Below, piece by piece: positions 47,222 through 55,974 of a DNA stretch of 64,000 nt (its first letter is position 1; every line of letters begins with the position of its first letter). This DNA is from Rhodospirillaceae bacterium (GTDB taxonomy: Bacteria; Pseudomonadota; Alphaproteobacteria; Rhodospirillales; Rhodospirillaceae). Position numbers and translations under genes: made by a program. Location: contig SHWP01000011.1 of the NCBI GenBank assembly GCA_009693785.1, forward strand, positions 2,370 to 66,369. The letters are read 5' to 3'. Under the pieces are notes generated by a model. The model worked only from the letters and a program-made list of their open reading frames with translations. It made no database searches and was not told where the DNA came from.

Positions 47222-48790
47222 TCACTCGTCCTTACTGATCCCATCCCAGCGGATCCAGCTGCCCACCGTGGGCATATCGCTGACACCTTTGCGCACCGCG
47301 TCGAAATAGACGATGTCCCACAACAGAATTGCCGGATAGAGATCGTAGTAGCGGCGGAACACTTGCTTGGTCAGCGCAGTACGCTCGGCTTCAGTTTTGG
47401 CCGACAAAGCTTGCTCCAAGATTGGCAAGCCTTCCTTATCGCAGAACCATTGATAGGGATGGAGGCAAGAGTGCAGCTTCAGCGACCGCAAACTATCGAG
47501 CGAGGGTGCAGTGCCGTAGTCGGTGGCGAACAATGAACCCACTAAACCCGATGCACTATGCATGGCAATGGAAAGTTGACTAATCGTCATGGGCCGGACT
47601 TCCATTTTCACGCCGACCGCCGCCAAGTCGGTGGCGATCTGCTGAAACAGCGAGCTATCCGAGACCGCCCCGCCCATCACGCCTTCTTGCACCAACGACA
47701 GCCCACCGGGGTAGCCGGCTTCGGCCAGCAAGCGCTTGGCTTGTTCAGGGTCGTAAGGATAGGGCACGAGCGATGGGTCGTAGCCTGAAGCATTGGGCGG
47801 CGTGAACTGGCTGGCCGGTTTGATCAACCCGTCCAACATGAGCTTAGAGATCTGTTCGCGGTTGATGGCCAGGTTGAGGGCTTTGCGCACGCGCACGTCC
47901 TGCAGGCGCGGATCACGCACCATGTGCATGACGATCACGAACACGCCGGTGCCGGGGCTGGGCTGCAAGCGATGGCCAGCCTCCTCGACCATCGTGCGTT
48001 CTTCGGTACGCAAGGCGATGGCGATATCAAGCTGGCCCGACAACACACCCTGCACTCGCGACGGAATGTCAGGCAACACGTGGAATGTCATCGCGTCGAC
48101 CTTTGGCGCGCGCCATGAGGTCGTCACGGCGGTCATGTCCAGGCGCGAGGGGCCCCACTTGGCGACCTTGAATGGTCCCGTGCCCACGGGGTCTTGGCGG
48201 TAGCCGTCGGGCCCAACCCTTTTCCAGTGCTCAGGGGCGATGATGCGCAAGGCCGACACTTCGCGGTAGAGCACGGGGTTAGGCGTCTTGGTGGTGATTT
48301 CAACCGTCAAGGCATCAATGGCGCGCGCGCCTGCTAGGCTCGATAACTCCGACGCAATGGTGTCGCCAGCCGCCGCCGGGCTAACGAGATAGGAAACGGA
48401 CTCAACCACGGCGGCGCTCGTAAACGTCTCGCCATTGGAGAAGGTCACATTGGGCCGCAGCTTGAATTCCCAGGTCGTGTCGCTGGTTTGCTTCCATGAC
48501 AGTGCGAGCCATGGGCTCACGGTGCCGTCACCGGCCACAAACGTCAGAGCGTCATAGAGTGCAGTGAAAGTGTAGATGGCCGGGATGTTGGAAACGACAT
48601 AAGGATGGCCGTGTTCGCGCGGGAAGCCGATCACGCCAACATTGAGTGTTTTGGCTTGAGCGAGCGTCAGCCCGTTCAGGCAAATGATCGCCAGAACAGC
48701 CTGTAAAAACCACCTCACGAGAGTCACGCTATTTCTTGCCCGTAGCCGGGCAATTGCTAACGTTAAACGCTGTCGGGCAATCCTTGGCAC
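47222..48790 (-). CDS. ABC transporter substrate-binding protein, family 5 (peptide/nickel type)
   Basis: The family 5 SBP layout is present (GTGPFKVAKW, RKALNLAINRE). The start is probably the internal GTG at 48720, which would remove the overlap with the upstream small ORF. Confidence 0.8.
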   Translation of the reverse strand: MPRIARQRLTLAIARLRARNSVTLVRWFLQAVLAIICLNGLTLAQAKTLNVGVIGFPREHGHPYVVSNIPAIYTFTALYDALTFVAGDGTVSPWLALSWKQTSDTTWEFKLRPNVTFSNGETFTSAAVVESVSYLVSPAAAGDTIASELSSLAGARAIDALTVEITTKTPNPVLYREVSALRIIAPEHWKRVGPDGYRQDPVGTGPFKVAKWGPSRLDMTAVTTSWRAPKVDAMTFHVLPDIPSRVQGVLSGQLDIAIALRTEERTMVEEAGHRLQPSPGTGVFVIVMHMVRDPRLQDVRVRKALNLAINREQISKLMLDGLIKPASQFTPPNASGYDPSLVPYPYDPEQAKRLLAEAGYPGGLSLVQEGVMGGAVSDSSLFQQIATDLAAVGVKMEVRPMTISQLSIAMHSASGLVGSLFATDYGTAPSLDSLRSLKLHSCLHPYQWFCDKEGLPILEQALSAKTEAERTALTKQVFRRYYDLYPAILLWDIVYFDAVRKGVSDMPTVGSWIRWDGISKDE

Positions 48791-49103
48791 CTACGCCGAC
48801 GAAAACGTTCACCTCATCACCGTTCTCGTAGAAGCACCCGCTGGCGACTTGGCAACGGCCGCGATCATCGACCACAAAGATCGAGACTGGCGTTTTGCCT
48901 TCGGCATTGAGCGGCATGATCGCGCAATCGAAGCCCTGCGGCCCGACAACGGTTTGATAATACTGCGACATCCCGTTGAAGGGCGCGCCATGAACAACGG
49001 CGACATTACGCTCCGAGCGGTTTTCCACACACATGGCCGCAACGCTGGATGCCATCGCCAACATCGCGCCAAAACCAAGAACAAAACCCACTAGCCGTTG
49101 CAT
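48729..49103 (-). CDS. Small secreted Cys-rich hypothetical protein (6 Cys in mature part)
   Basis: It has a signal peptide (MQRLVGFVLGFGAMLAMASSVAA). No family was recognised. Confidence 0.45.
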   Translation of the reverse strand: MQRLVGFVLGFGAMLAMASSVAAMCVENRSERNVAVVHGAPFNGMSQYYQTVVGPQGFDCAIMPLNAEGKTPVSIFVVDDRGRCQVASGCFYENGDEVNVFVGVGAKDCPTAFNVSNCPATGKK

Positions 49104-49224
49104 CGCATCCTCCCCCACGTCATGCCCCTATCTTATCCAATGACCGGCCGGGGCAAAGAGACAATCGTACCGTCGGCCGCTGCCAACCCGTTGCGCTAGG
49201 GCGCAAAGAACTTATGATCGGCAC

Positions 49225-50745
49225 ATGAGGTTATCGCACTCTTTAGCAGCTTTGCACGGCCTGATGTTGGCTAGCCTGGTTTGTACCTGGGGGGCAGCCG
49301 CCCCAGCCAAGGCCGACCAAACCTTGCGCGTGGCCGTGGTCACCTTTGCCCCAGGCGGGCCTGATCCGCGCAAGTCAGTGAGCGTGTTTGCCACCTATAC
49401 CTGGTCGCCCATGTACGAGGCGCTGACCGCGTTTAAGGAAGACGGCAGCGTGGTGCCCGAATTGGCCGTCTCCTGGGAGCGCGCCTCGCCAACCAGTTGG
49501 ACCTTCACCCTGCGCGAGGGTGTGCGGTTTTCGAATGGCAGGCCACTCAGCGCCCAAGACATCGCCGACAACATCATGATGTTGAAACAGGGCGAAGCAG
49601 CGCTACTGCCAATCTCACGGTTTTTGGATGGCGTCACCCAAGCACGGGCCTTGAACGAGCGGGTGGTTCAGGTCGAAACCGCCAGCCCCGACGCGATCCT
49701 GCCGCGCGAACTTTCGGCGCTTTATATCGTCGAGCCAGACCTATGGCGCAAAGTTGGGCCCGAAGGCTTTCTGAAGGCACCCGTTGGCACGGGGCCCTTT
49801 AAGCTCAAACGCTGGGGCGAAGCCAAGATTGAGTACGAGCCCAACCCGCTATCGTGGCGGCCACCGAAAATTCAGGCCCTGGAGATACTTGACCTGCCCG
49901 AAAGCACCGCACGGCTTCAGGCGCTGCTGACAGGCGGCACCGATGTCGCCATCGGCATGGGCCCGGACGAGCGCCCAACCATTGAGGCGGCAGGCGGGCA
50001 CTTGCACAAACGCAGGCCCATCGATGTTCTCACCCTGACATTCGTGATCGGCGCAGGACACCCGGTCGATGATGTGCGTGTGCGCCGTGCGCTGAATTAC
50101 GCCGTCGACAAAGACTCCATCGCCAACGTGATCTTGCAAGGCATGACTAGGCCGGCCACGCAGGGCGCCATTGAGGGGTTGCTCGGCTACGACCCGGCCC
50201 TCAAAGCCTACCCATACGACCCCGCCAAGGCCCGCGCGTTACTGAAAGAGGCGGGCCATGAGAAGGGCTTCACGCTCAATACCGAAGTGATTGTGTCATC
50301 CAATGCCAGCGATGGCCTGATCTATCAGTATGTCGCTGCGAACTTGGCGTCCGTGAACGTGAAGTTGAACCTGGTCAGCATTCCAACACCTCAGATGATC
50401 CGCATTATCAACCAAGGCGAATGGAAGGGCGATGCGTTCAGCCAGGTGTTTAATTCATGGCCAGCATTCGACTCATTGCGCACGCTGCGCATGCATTCGT
50501 GCCTGTGGGCGCAGCCATGGTTTTGCGATGAGCGCATCACCCCGACCCTGAAAGCCGCCATGACGGCACCTGAATTGGATGAGCGCGCACGCCTGACCAC
50601 CGAGATCTTGCGCTTTTATCACGACCAAGCAACGACGTTGATGTTGCACGAAATTCCCATGATCGACGGCGTGGCTAAGCGGGTGAAGAACTACGACCCG
50701 CAAAAGGGCAAAATCAACTACGAGACGATTGAGTTGGCGGATTGA
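49225..50745 (+). CDS. ABC transporter substrate-binding protein, family 5 (paralog)
   Basis: It has a signal peptide and the GTGPFKLKRW and RRALNYAVDKD motifs. It shares the ...HSCLW..PWFCD... motif with the 47222 SBP. Confidence 0.8.
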   Translation: MRLSHSLAALHGLMLASLVCTWGAAAPAKADQTLRVAVVTFAPGGPDPRKSVSVFATYTWSPMYEALTAFKEDGSVVPELAVSWERASPTSWTFTLREGVRFSNGRPLSAQDIADNIMMLKQGEAALLPISRFLDGVTQARALNERVVQVETASPDAILPRELSALYIVEPDLWRKVGPEGFLKAPVGTGPFKLKRWGEAKIEYEPNPLSWRPPKIQALEILDLPESTARLQALLTGGTDVAIGMGPDERPTIEAAGGHLHKRRPIDVLTLTFVIGAGHPVDDVRVRRALNYAVDKDSIANVILQGMTRPATQGAIEGLLGYDPALKAYPYDPAKARALLKEAGHEKGFTLNTEVIVSSNASDGLIYQYVAANLASVNVKLNLVSIPTPQMIRIINQGEWKGDAFSQVFNSWPAFDSLRTLRMHSCLWAQPWFCDERITPTLKAAMTAPELDERARLTTEILRFYHDQATTLMLHEIPMIDGVAKRVKNYDPQKGKINYETIELAD

Positions 50746-50778
50746 GCCCTTCACGACCGCGATAAAGGAGAGCCCGCC

Positions 50779-51489
50779 ATGCCCACGATATTGATCACCG
50801 GAACCAGTCGTGGCCTCGGGTTGGAACTGACCCGCCAATACTGCGCGGACGGCTGGAACGTGATCGCCACTTGCCGCATGCCAGCCGAAGCATCCGAACT
50901 CCAAGCATTAGACAAGCAATACCCGAGTCTCAATGTGCATGCCTTGGATGTTGCCAACTTTACCGCCATTGACAAATTGGCCCACGAACTCAAGGGCCGA
51001 CCAATTGATGTGCTATTGAACAATGCGGGTGTGTTCGGGCCCAAAGCCAAGGCCGAGAACGATCCCCGCCAGGAATTCAGCCACATGGATTACGAGATGT
51101 GGGCCAACTTGTTCCGCATCAACACCATGGCACCGATGAAAATAGCCGAGGCCTTTGTCGAGAACGTCGCTACAAGCGCACAAAAGAAGATCGTGACCAT
51201 CACTTCATCGGTGGGCTCGATTAGTCGCACCGACGGCCGCACCAATGCCTACCGGACCAGCAAGGCAGCCACCAACATGCTGATGCGCAACTTGTCCTTC
51301 GATTTGAAAAACCGGGGCATCATCACCGCCGCGTTCTGCCCGGGCTGGGTGAAAACCCGCATGGGCGGCGAAGGCGCGCCGCTGGAGGCCCCCGAAGCCA
51401 TGGCGAGCTTGCGCAGGGTCATCGCCAACCTGACACCCAAATCCTCGGGGCAGTTTTGGCTTTATAATGGCGACCTCATTCCGTGGTGA
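50779..51489 (+). CDS. Short-chain dehydrogenase/reductase (C-factor-like SDR)
   Basis: It has TGTSRGLG, NNAG and Y-x-x-x-K (YRTSKAA) motifs. Confidence 0.85.
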   Translation: MPTILITGTSRGLGLELTRQYCADGWNVIATCRMPAEASELQALDKQYPSLNVHALDVANFTAIDKLAHELKGRPIDVLLNNAGVFGPKAKAENDPRQEFSHMDYEMWANLFRINTMAPMKIAEAFVENVATSAQKKIVTITSSVGSISRTDGRTNAYRTSKAATNMLMRNLSFDLKNRGIITAAFCPGWVKTRMGGEGAPLEAPEAMASLRRVIANLTPKSSGQFWLYNGDLIPW

Positions 51490-51492
51490 GGG

Positions 51493-51510
51493 ATGGTGCG
51501 CTCTACTGGG
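51493..51510. repeat. 18-bp duplicate of the 3' end of tRNA-Val
   Basis: ATGGTGCGCTCTACTGGG is identical at 51493-51510 and 51562-51579. Confidence 0.85.
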
Positions 51511-51562
51511 CCAACCGGCGAACACCGTGAGTCGGAAAAAAAGACCTGGGCATGCCGGAAAA

Positions 51563-51637
51563 TGGTGCGCTCTACTGGGATCGAACCAGTGGCCCCTACC
51601 ATGTCAAGGTAGTGCTCTACCGCTGAGCTAAGAGCGC
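51563..51637 (-). tRNA. tRNA-Val (anticodon GAC), CCA encoded
   Basis: The reverse complement GCGCTCTTAGCTCAGCGGTAGAGCACTACCTTGACATGGTAGGGGCCACTGGTTCGATCCCAGTAGAGCGCACCA folds as a cloverleaf. It has a 7-bp acceptor stem, a TTCGATC T-loop and an anticodon loop of TTGACAT. Confidence 0.93.
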
Positions 51638-51841
51638 CCCAAACGCGGCCTGCGGCTCTCAGGCCAGCGTGAAGAGGGCGTTGTTTAGCCACTCGGGGCT
51701 AGCTTGGCAAGAGTTGCCCAAAGGGCAGGCAACCGTCAAAAATCTGGAATCGCCATGCCAGCCAAAGGGTTGCGGGCGGCTTGCAACTCGCTAGTATTGG
51801 GCGCTCAAGCTTGAGTTTGGGGAAGGCTGCTGGCGGCGATC

Positions 51842-52765
51842 ATGCCTGCAACGCATAAAGATAGCGAACTGGAAGCGGCTTTGGGCCTGGCCATCGAGAT
51901 TGTCGATGCCCAGAGCTTGCGGATTCCTTTGGTGTTCGCCTCGCCCCATTCGGGATGCAGCTATCCGGCCCATTTCATCGGCTCCTCCCCGCTCGATCTT
52001 GGGGCGCTGCGCAAATCGGAAGACTGCTACGTCGATGAGCTCTTCGCCGACGCACCCGAGTTGGGTGCGCCGCTTGTGCGCGCGCTGTTGCCGCGTGCTT
52101 ACCTCGACGTCAACCGCGAACCCTACGAACTCGACCCCGAGATGTTCGATGGGCCCCTGCCCGCGTTCGTCAACAGTTCATCGGCGCGTGTCGCGGCCGG
52201 GCTTGGCACGGTCGCGCGCATCGTCGCCACGCGGCGCGAAATCTATCGCCATAAACTCACCTTCGCCGAGGTCGAACATCGCTTGGCCGAGTTTTACCGC
52301 CCCTATCACCGCGCTCTGCGCATGATGATCAACCGCACCTGCGACCGTTATGGATTTTGCGTCCTGGTGGATTGTCATTCCATGCCGTCGTCGGGGCTGC
52401 CGCTGGACGCTGACAATGCGCCCCAGCGCATCGACATTGTTTTGGGCGACCGTAGCGGCTTGTCATGCCACCCCATGATTACCGATACGCTCGATGAGTC
52501 GCTGCGGAACATGGGCTATCGCATTTTGCGTAACAACCCCTATGCGGGCGGCTTTACCACCCATCATTATGGCGACCCCGCCAACGGCGTGCATGCCATC
52601 CAAATCGAGATCAACCGCGCGCTTTATATGGATGAGGCCACCTTGCAGCGCCGGGCCGGTTTCGCAAAACTACGAACGGACTTGCGCCAAGCAGCAGGTA
52701 CGCTTGCTACGGCAACCTTTAGTGCAACGCATGCGTTGCAGTATCAGCGCCTTAGCGCGGAATAG
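51842..52765 (+). CDS. N-formylglutamate amidohydrolase family protein
   Basis: Family patterns are present: FASPHSG, YLDVNREP and VDCHSMPS. Confidence 0.8.
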   Translation: MPATHKDSELEAALGLAIEIVDAQSLRIPLVFASPHSGCSYPAHFIGSSPLDLGALRKSEDCYVDELFADAPELGAPLVRALLPRAYLDVNREPYELDPEMFDGPLPAFVNSSSARVAAGLGTVARIVATRREIYRHKLTFAEVEHRLAEFYRPYHRALRMMINRTCDRYGFCVLVDCHSMPSSGLPLDADNAPQRIDIVLGDRSGLSCHPMITDTLDESLRNMGYRILRNNPYAGGFTTHHYGDPANGVHAIQIEINRALYMDEATLQRRAGFAKLRTDLRQAAGTLATATFSATHALQYQRLSAE

Positions 52766-52925
52766 ACATTCGTCTATAACCTGATACAATTATTAGGTGA
52801 TTATCGTTGTTGCGAACTCATCCTCTAGTGTAGAAAATGCATGAATAAGTTTCGTTTGCAACAATGGTGTCTCATATCACCGCCAAGGTTGTGTCACCGA
52901 ACGGTTGCCTGCTTAGAATAATGTT

Positions 52926-53777
52926 ATGATCGAAGTTGGGGCGATAACACTTTACCGCGAGAAATCGACCGTCCACCGGTTCTCGTCGGGCAACGACGCG
53001 AAGGGCGATGAACCCGCGCTGGAGATTCGTTCTAACCGGGTCACGATTCCGATCAAACCCCGTGTCGACAACATCGTTGCTGTGGTGCGCGGTCGGAACG
53101 TGCCCAGCACGTTGCGCATGACATCACTGGTCATTGATGAATTCCGACGCGATGAAGGCTTGCTTCACGCCGCCGCCGCACATGACTGGGAAGCATTCTG
53201 GGGCTGCAAGGTCTCCAACTATGAAGCCGACTACAACCCCGAGAACTGGGTGTCGTTGCACATGGGCGGTACGACCGCCTTCACAACCCGCGCAGGCAAG
53301 GAAGCCGTGGATGTGGTTGAGTCCATCGCACTGGGCGGCGAGGTCACCGACAACATGATATTGAAGGCCTCGACGCGCATTCTTGGCAACGCCGAGGACT
53401 TGGTGGTCGAGCATGACACGCAAACCGCGTTCGTGTTTCAGCCCTTCTCGTCTTATCACCGCGCTGCGATTTTAGAGCGCCGCGACCGCAAGGCAGGATC
53501 GTTCGCGATCTCCGTCTATCACCCCTCGCCACAGAAACCGGTTCGCCTTAGTCATTTCATTAGTTTCTGCGCCGATGAGATGGAAGCTTTGACGCTAAAG
53601 TCGTTCTTGGACCGCGTGCAAGAATTGATCGCCACCAACAAGATCAGTCAATCCAACATCACGCCGTCGCAGGTTCAAGCCACCCGTAACCGGCGCCGCG
53701 ACCTCATTGAAAGCATCGAAAACTTCGAGCGGGCGAATAAAGTGGTTTACCGGCCCGAGCGGCCACACTTTGTTTAG
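52926..53777 (+). CDS. Hypothetical protein (283 aa, no recognised domain)
   Basis: The clean ORF is preceded by an AT-rich 160-bp spacer. The C-terminal segment looks helical or coiled. Confidence 0.45.
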   Translation: MIEVGAITLYREKSTVHRFSSGNDAKGDEPALEIRSNRVTIPIKPRVDNIVAVVRGRNVPSTLRMTSLVIDEFRRDEGLLHAAAAHDWEAFWGCKVSNYEADYNPENWVSLHMGGTTAFTTRAGKEAVDVVESIALGGEVTDNMILKASTRILGNAEDLVVEHDTQTAFVFQPFSSYHRAAILERRDRKAGSFAISVYHPSPQKPVRLSHFISFCADEMEALTLKSFLDRVQELIATNKISQSNITPSQVQATRNRRRDLIESIENFERANKVVYRPERPHFV

Positions 53778-53989
53778 GGCGCGCCGTTCGCCCAATTCTG
53801 CGCAATAACACGCAATATCAACAGCAAGACAGCGAATGCCTGAGTAGCAACGCGCAGCTGCATAAGCTTGTTCGCATATTTGCGGTTGAACTCGCCACCG
53901 ATTGCCAAACTGGCCACGCCTGTCAGCAACACGACGACAACTCCAGCCAAGGCAATGCCCAGAAGCGTGTTCAGGATTGTAATAACCAT
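53774..53989 (-). CDS. Twin-transmembrane-helix small protein (HIG1-like)
   Basis: The start MVITILNTLLGIALAGVVVVLLTG is followed by RVATQAFAVLLLIL. It has two TM helices in about 71 aa. The start was set at the internal ATG. Confidence 0.65.
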   Translation of the reverse strand: MVITILNTLLGIALAGVVVVLLTGVASLAIGGEFNRKYANKLMQLRVATQAFAVLLLILRVIAQNWANGAP

Positions 53990-54052
53990 ACTGCCTATCC
54001 GCCAGTTATAGGGATTATGCATACGCCCGGTTGATAGGGGCACGCAAGTATA

Positions 54053-54096
54053 TCGACTTACATTACATCACCAATCGACTTACATTACATCACCAA
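54053..54096. repeat. Perfect 22-bp tandem duplication (TCGACTTACATTACATCACCAA x2)
   Basis: It was read directly from the sequence. Each unit carries an internal TTACA-TTACA. Confidence 0.9.
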
Positions 54097-54186
54097 GCTA
54101 ACACCAACGTGCGATGCGTTCTTGACGTGCCATGATCGTAATAAAACAATACCATATGAACGTGAGTTCTTGGGAGTTCAACGATT

Positions 54187-54573
54187 TTGGGACGAGTTCT
54201 CGTTGTTGAAGATAATGCGATGGTGCGGGAGTCCTTTGTCGAACTCCTTGGGCAGCGCGGCTATGAGCTTGTCGAAGCAACCGATGGCGAGCAAGCCCTA
54301 ACCATCATGAGGCGGCGGCCCTGCGCGCTGGCAATCGTCGACGTGATGATGCCGACCATGGGTGGTTTGGAATTCCGTCAAGAACTTCAGGCCATCGCGC
54401 CGAGTGTCAAAATTCTGTTTGTCACGGGCCAGCCCGATAAATTCGAACAACTGGTAGAGGACGACCCTGACTTTGCAGAAGGGCGCATGAATGTGCTGTT
54501 CAAGCCGGTCCATCCGGTGAAGCTGCTGGCCGAAGTCGAGCGGCTGATCGGCCCGCCAGAAGCCAGCGCCTGA
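54187..54573 (+). CDS. Single-domain response regulator (receiver only)
   Basis: It has RVLVVEDN, DVMMP (phospho-acceptor Asp) and a conserved K in FKP. The product is 128 aa with a TTG start. Confidence 0.85.
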   Translation: MGRVLVVEDNAMVRESFVELLGQRGYELVEATDGEQALTIMRRRPCALAIVDVMMPTMGGLEFRQELQAIAPSVKILFVTGQPDKFEQLVEDDPDFAEGRMNVLFKPVHPVKLLAEVERLIGPPEASA

Positions 54574-54579
54574 GACCGC

Positions 54580-54963
54580 TTAAATCGTGAAACTTTCGCC
54601 GCAGCCGCAGCGGCCTTTTTCGTTCGGGTTAGTGAACACAAACCCGCTTTCCAACTTGTCTTCACGGTAATCGAGTTCGCTGCCCAACAAATACATCACG
54701 GCGGTGGGATCGATGAATAGCTTCACCCCATGTTGTTCTACCATGTCTTCAAACTTGCGGCGTTCTTCGGCGTACTCAACCACGTACGACATGCCCGAGC
54801 AGCCCTTGGCCTTTACACCCACGCGCAAACCCAACACCGGCTTGGTGGCTTTGGCGATCAACTCACGAACGCGATCAGCCGCGCGCTCGGTCAGCGTGAT
54901 GGGTGGCGGTGGTTTCATCCGCACCGGCTTTGGGGTTGCCTCGGTTTGGGTCACTTGGTTCAT
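54580..54963 (-). CDS. sufA: A-type Fe-S cluster carrier (IscA/SufA/ErpA family)
   Basis: It has GCSGMSY and a C-terminal CGCGESF. Confidence 0.85.
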   Translation of the reverse strand: MNQVTQTEATPKPVRMKPPPPITLTERAADRVRELIAKATKPVLGLRVGVKAKGCSGMSYVVEYAEERRKFEDMVEQHGVKLFIDPTAVMYLLGSELDYREDKLESGFVFTNPNEKGRCGCGESFTI

Positions 54964-55018
54964 GATGATCTCTATATGAGCTTCGACGTCGTGTTATGCC
55001 AGTCCTAGCTACAATCGT

Positions 55019-55417
55019 TTAAAACATATCCAAGGCCACGCGGGCGACTTCGGACATGTTGGCCTGGGTCCAGGGCGGATCCCACGTGATGGTCACGCCC
55101 ACTTCGCCCACACCCTCTACCGCAGCCACACTGTCGGCGACCTCTTTGGGCAACGTGCCCGCTACGGGGCACGCGGGGGCTGTAAGCGTCATCAATACAT
55201 CCACGTTGCCGGTGTCTTGCACCTTGAGGTCATAGATCAGGCCCAAGTCATAAATATTGACCGGAATTTCAGGGTCGAACACCGTGCGCAGTGCTTCGAC
55301 CACGCTGTCTTCGCTGGCGACTTTGGTGCCAGGCGCCAACGGCGATCCGGAAACGATCTTCTCGCCTTCCGCTGGCGGATCGCCTTCGCTGGCGGGCATG
55401 TTATAGGGCGGCATCAT
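55019..55417 (-). CDS. sufT: SUF system Fe-S assembly protein SufT (DUF59)
   Basis: Matching motifs are VFDPEIPVNIYDLGLIY and MTLTAPACP. Confidence 0.8.
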   Translation of the reverse strand: MMPPYNMPASEGDPPAEGEKIVSGSPLAPGTKVASEDSVVEALRTVFDPEIPVNIYDLGLIYDLKVQDTGNVDVLMTLTAPACPVAGTLPKEVADSVAAVEGVGEVGVTITWDPPWTQANMSEVARVALDMF

Positions 55418-55458
55418 TGGCGAACCTTCCTTGCATCGGTATCATGCATGGCAGAGCC

Positions 55459-55974
55459 TTAATTTTTCTTTTCTGTGGTGGCTTCATCCCGGCCCTCAAG
55501 ACATGACATGAGTGCATGCCAAGGCAATGTGGCGCATTTCACTCGCACCGGAAATTGCTGCACGCCGCTCAGCGAGGCAAGTTTTTCGATGCCCCCTTCC
55601 AGGGCTTGGGGCAACATAGCCTTGGCAGCGCCGAGATCAGCCTTGCCGGTACACAACTGTTGCACAGCGTCGAACATGCGCATTGCCGTGGCCGTGGTTT
55701 GACCCTGCAATGCCTCGGTCATCATCGAGGCCGACGCGATAGAAATGGCGCAACCCTTTCCTTCAGCAGCAATGTCCTCGATGGTGCCATGGCTGCTAAC
55801 GCGGGCAGTGACTGTGATGCGGTCGCCGCACAACGGATTATTACCCTTGGCGGTACAGGTGGCGTGCTCAACCAAACGCGAATTACGCGGGTGTTTACTG
55901 TGATCAAGAATGATCTCTTGATACAACGACTTGAGATCATCCACCTCAGCCCGCTTGGCGGAAACGGTGCTCAT
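55459..55974 (-). CDS. sufU: SufU-type (NifU N-terminal-like) sulfur acceptor/scaffold
   Basis: Matching motifs are LYQEIILDHSKHPRN, NPLCGD, GCAISIASASMM and VKCATLPWHAL. The ATG at 55974 overlaps the sufS stop (ATGA). Confidence 0.8.
   Translation of the reverse strand: MSTVSAKRAEVDDLKSLYQEIILDHSKHPRNSRLVEHATCTAKGNNPLCGDRITVTARVSSHGTIEDIAAEGKGCAISIASASMMTEALQGQTTATAMRMFDAVQQLCTGKADLGAAKAMLPQALEGGIEKLASLSGVQQFPVRVKCATLPWHALMSCLEGRDEATTEKKN

Noticed and set aside
47222-54186. Genomic island anchored at tRNA-Val
   Set aside because: No integrase, phage or conjugation genes are present on either side of the tRNA. The duplicated tRNA 3' segment encloses only 51 bp. Apart from short AT-rich spacers, the flanking genes look compositionally ordinary by eye.
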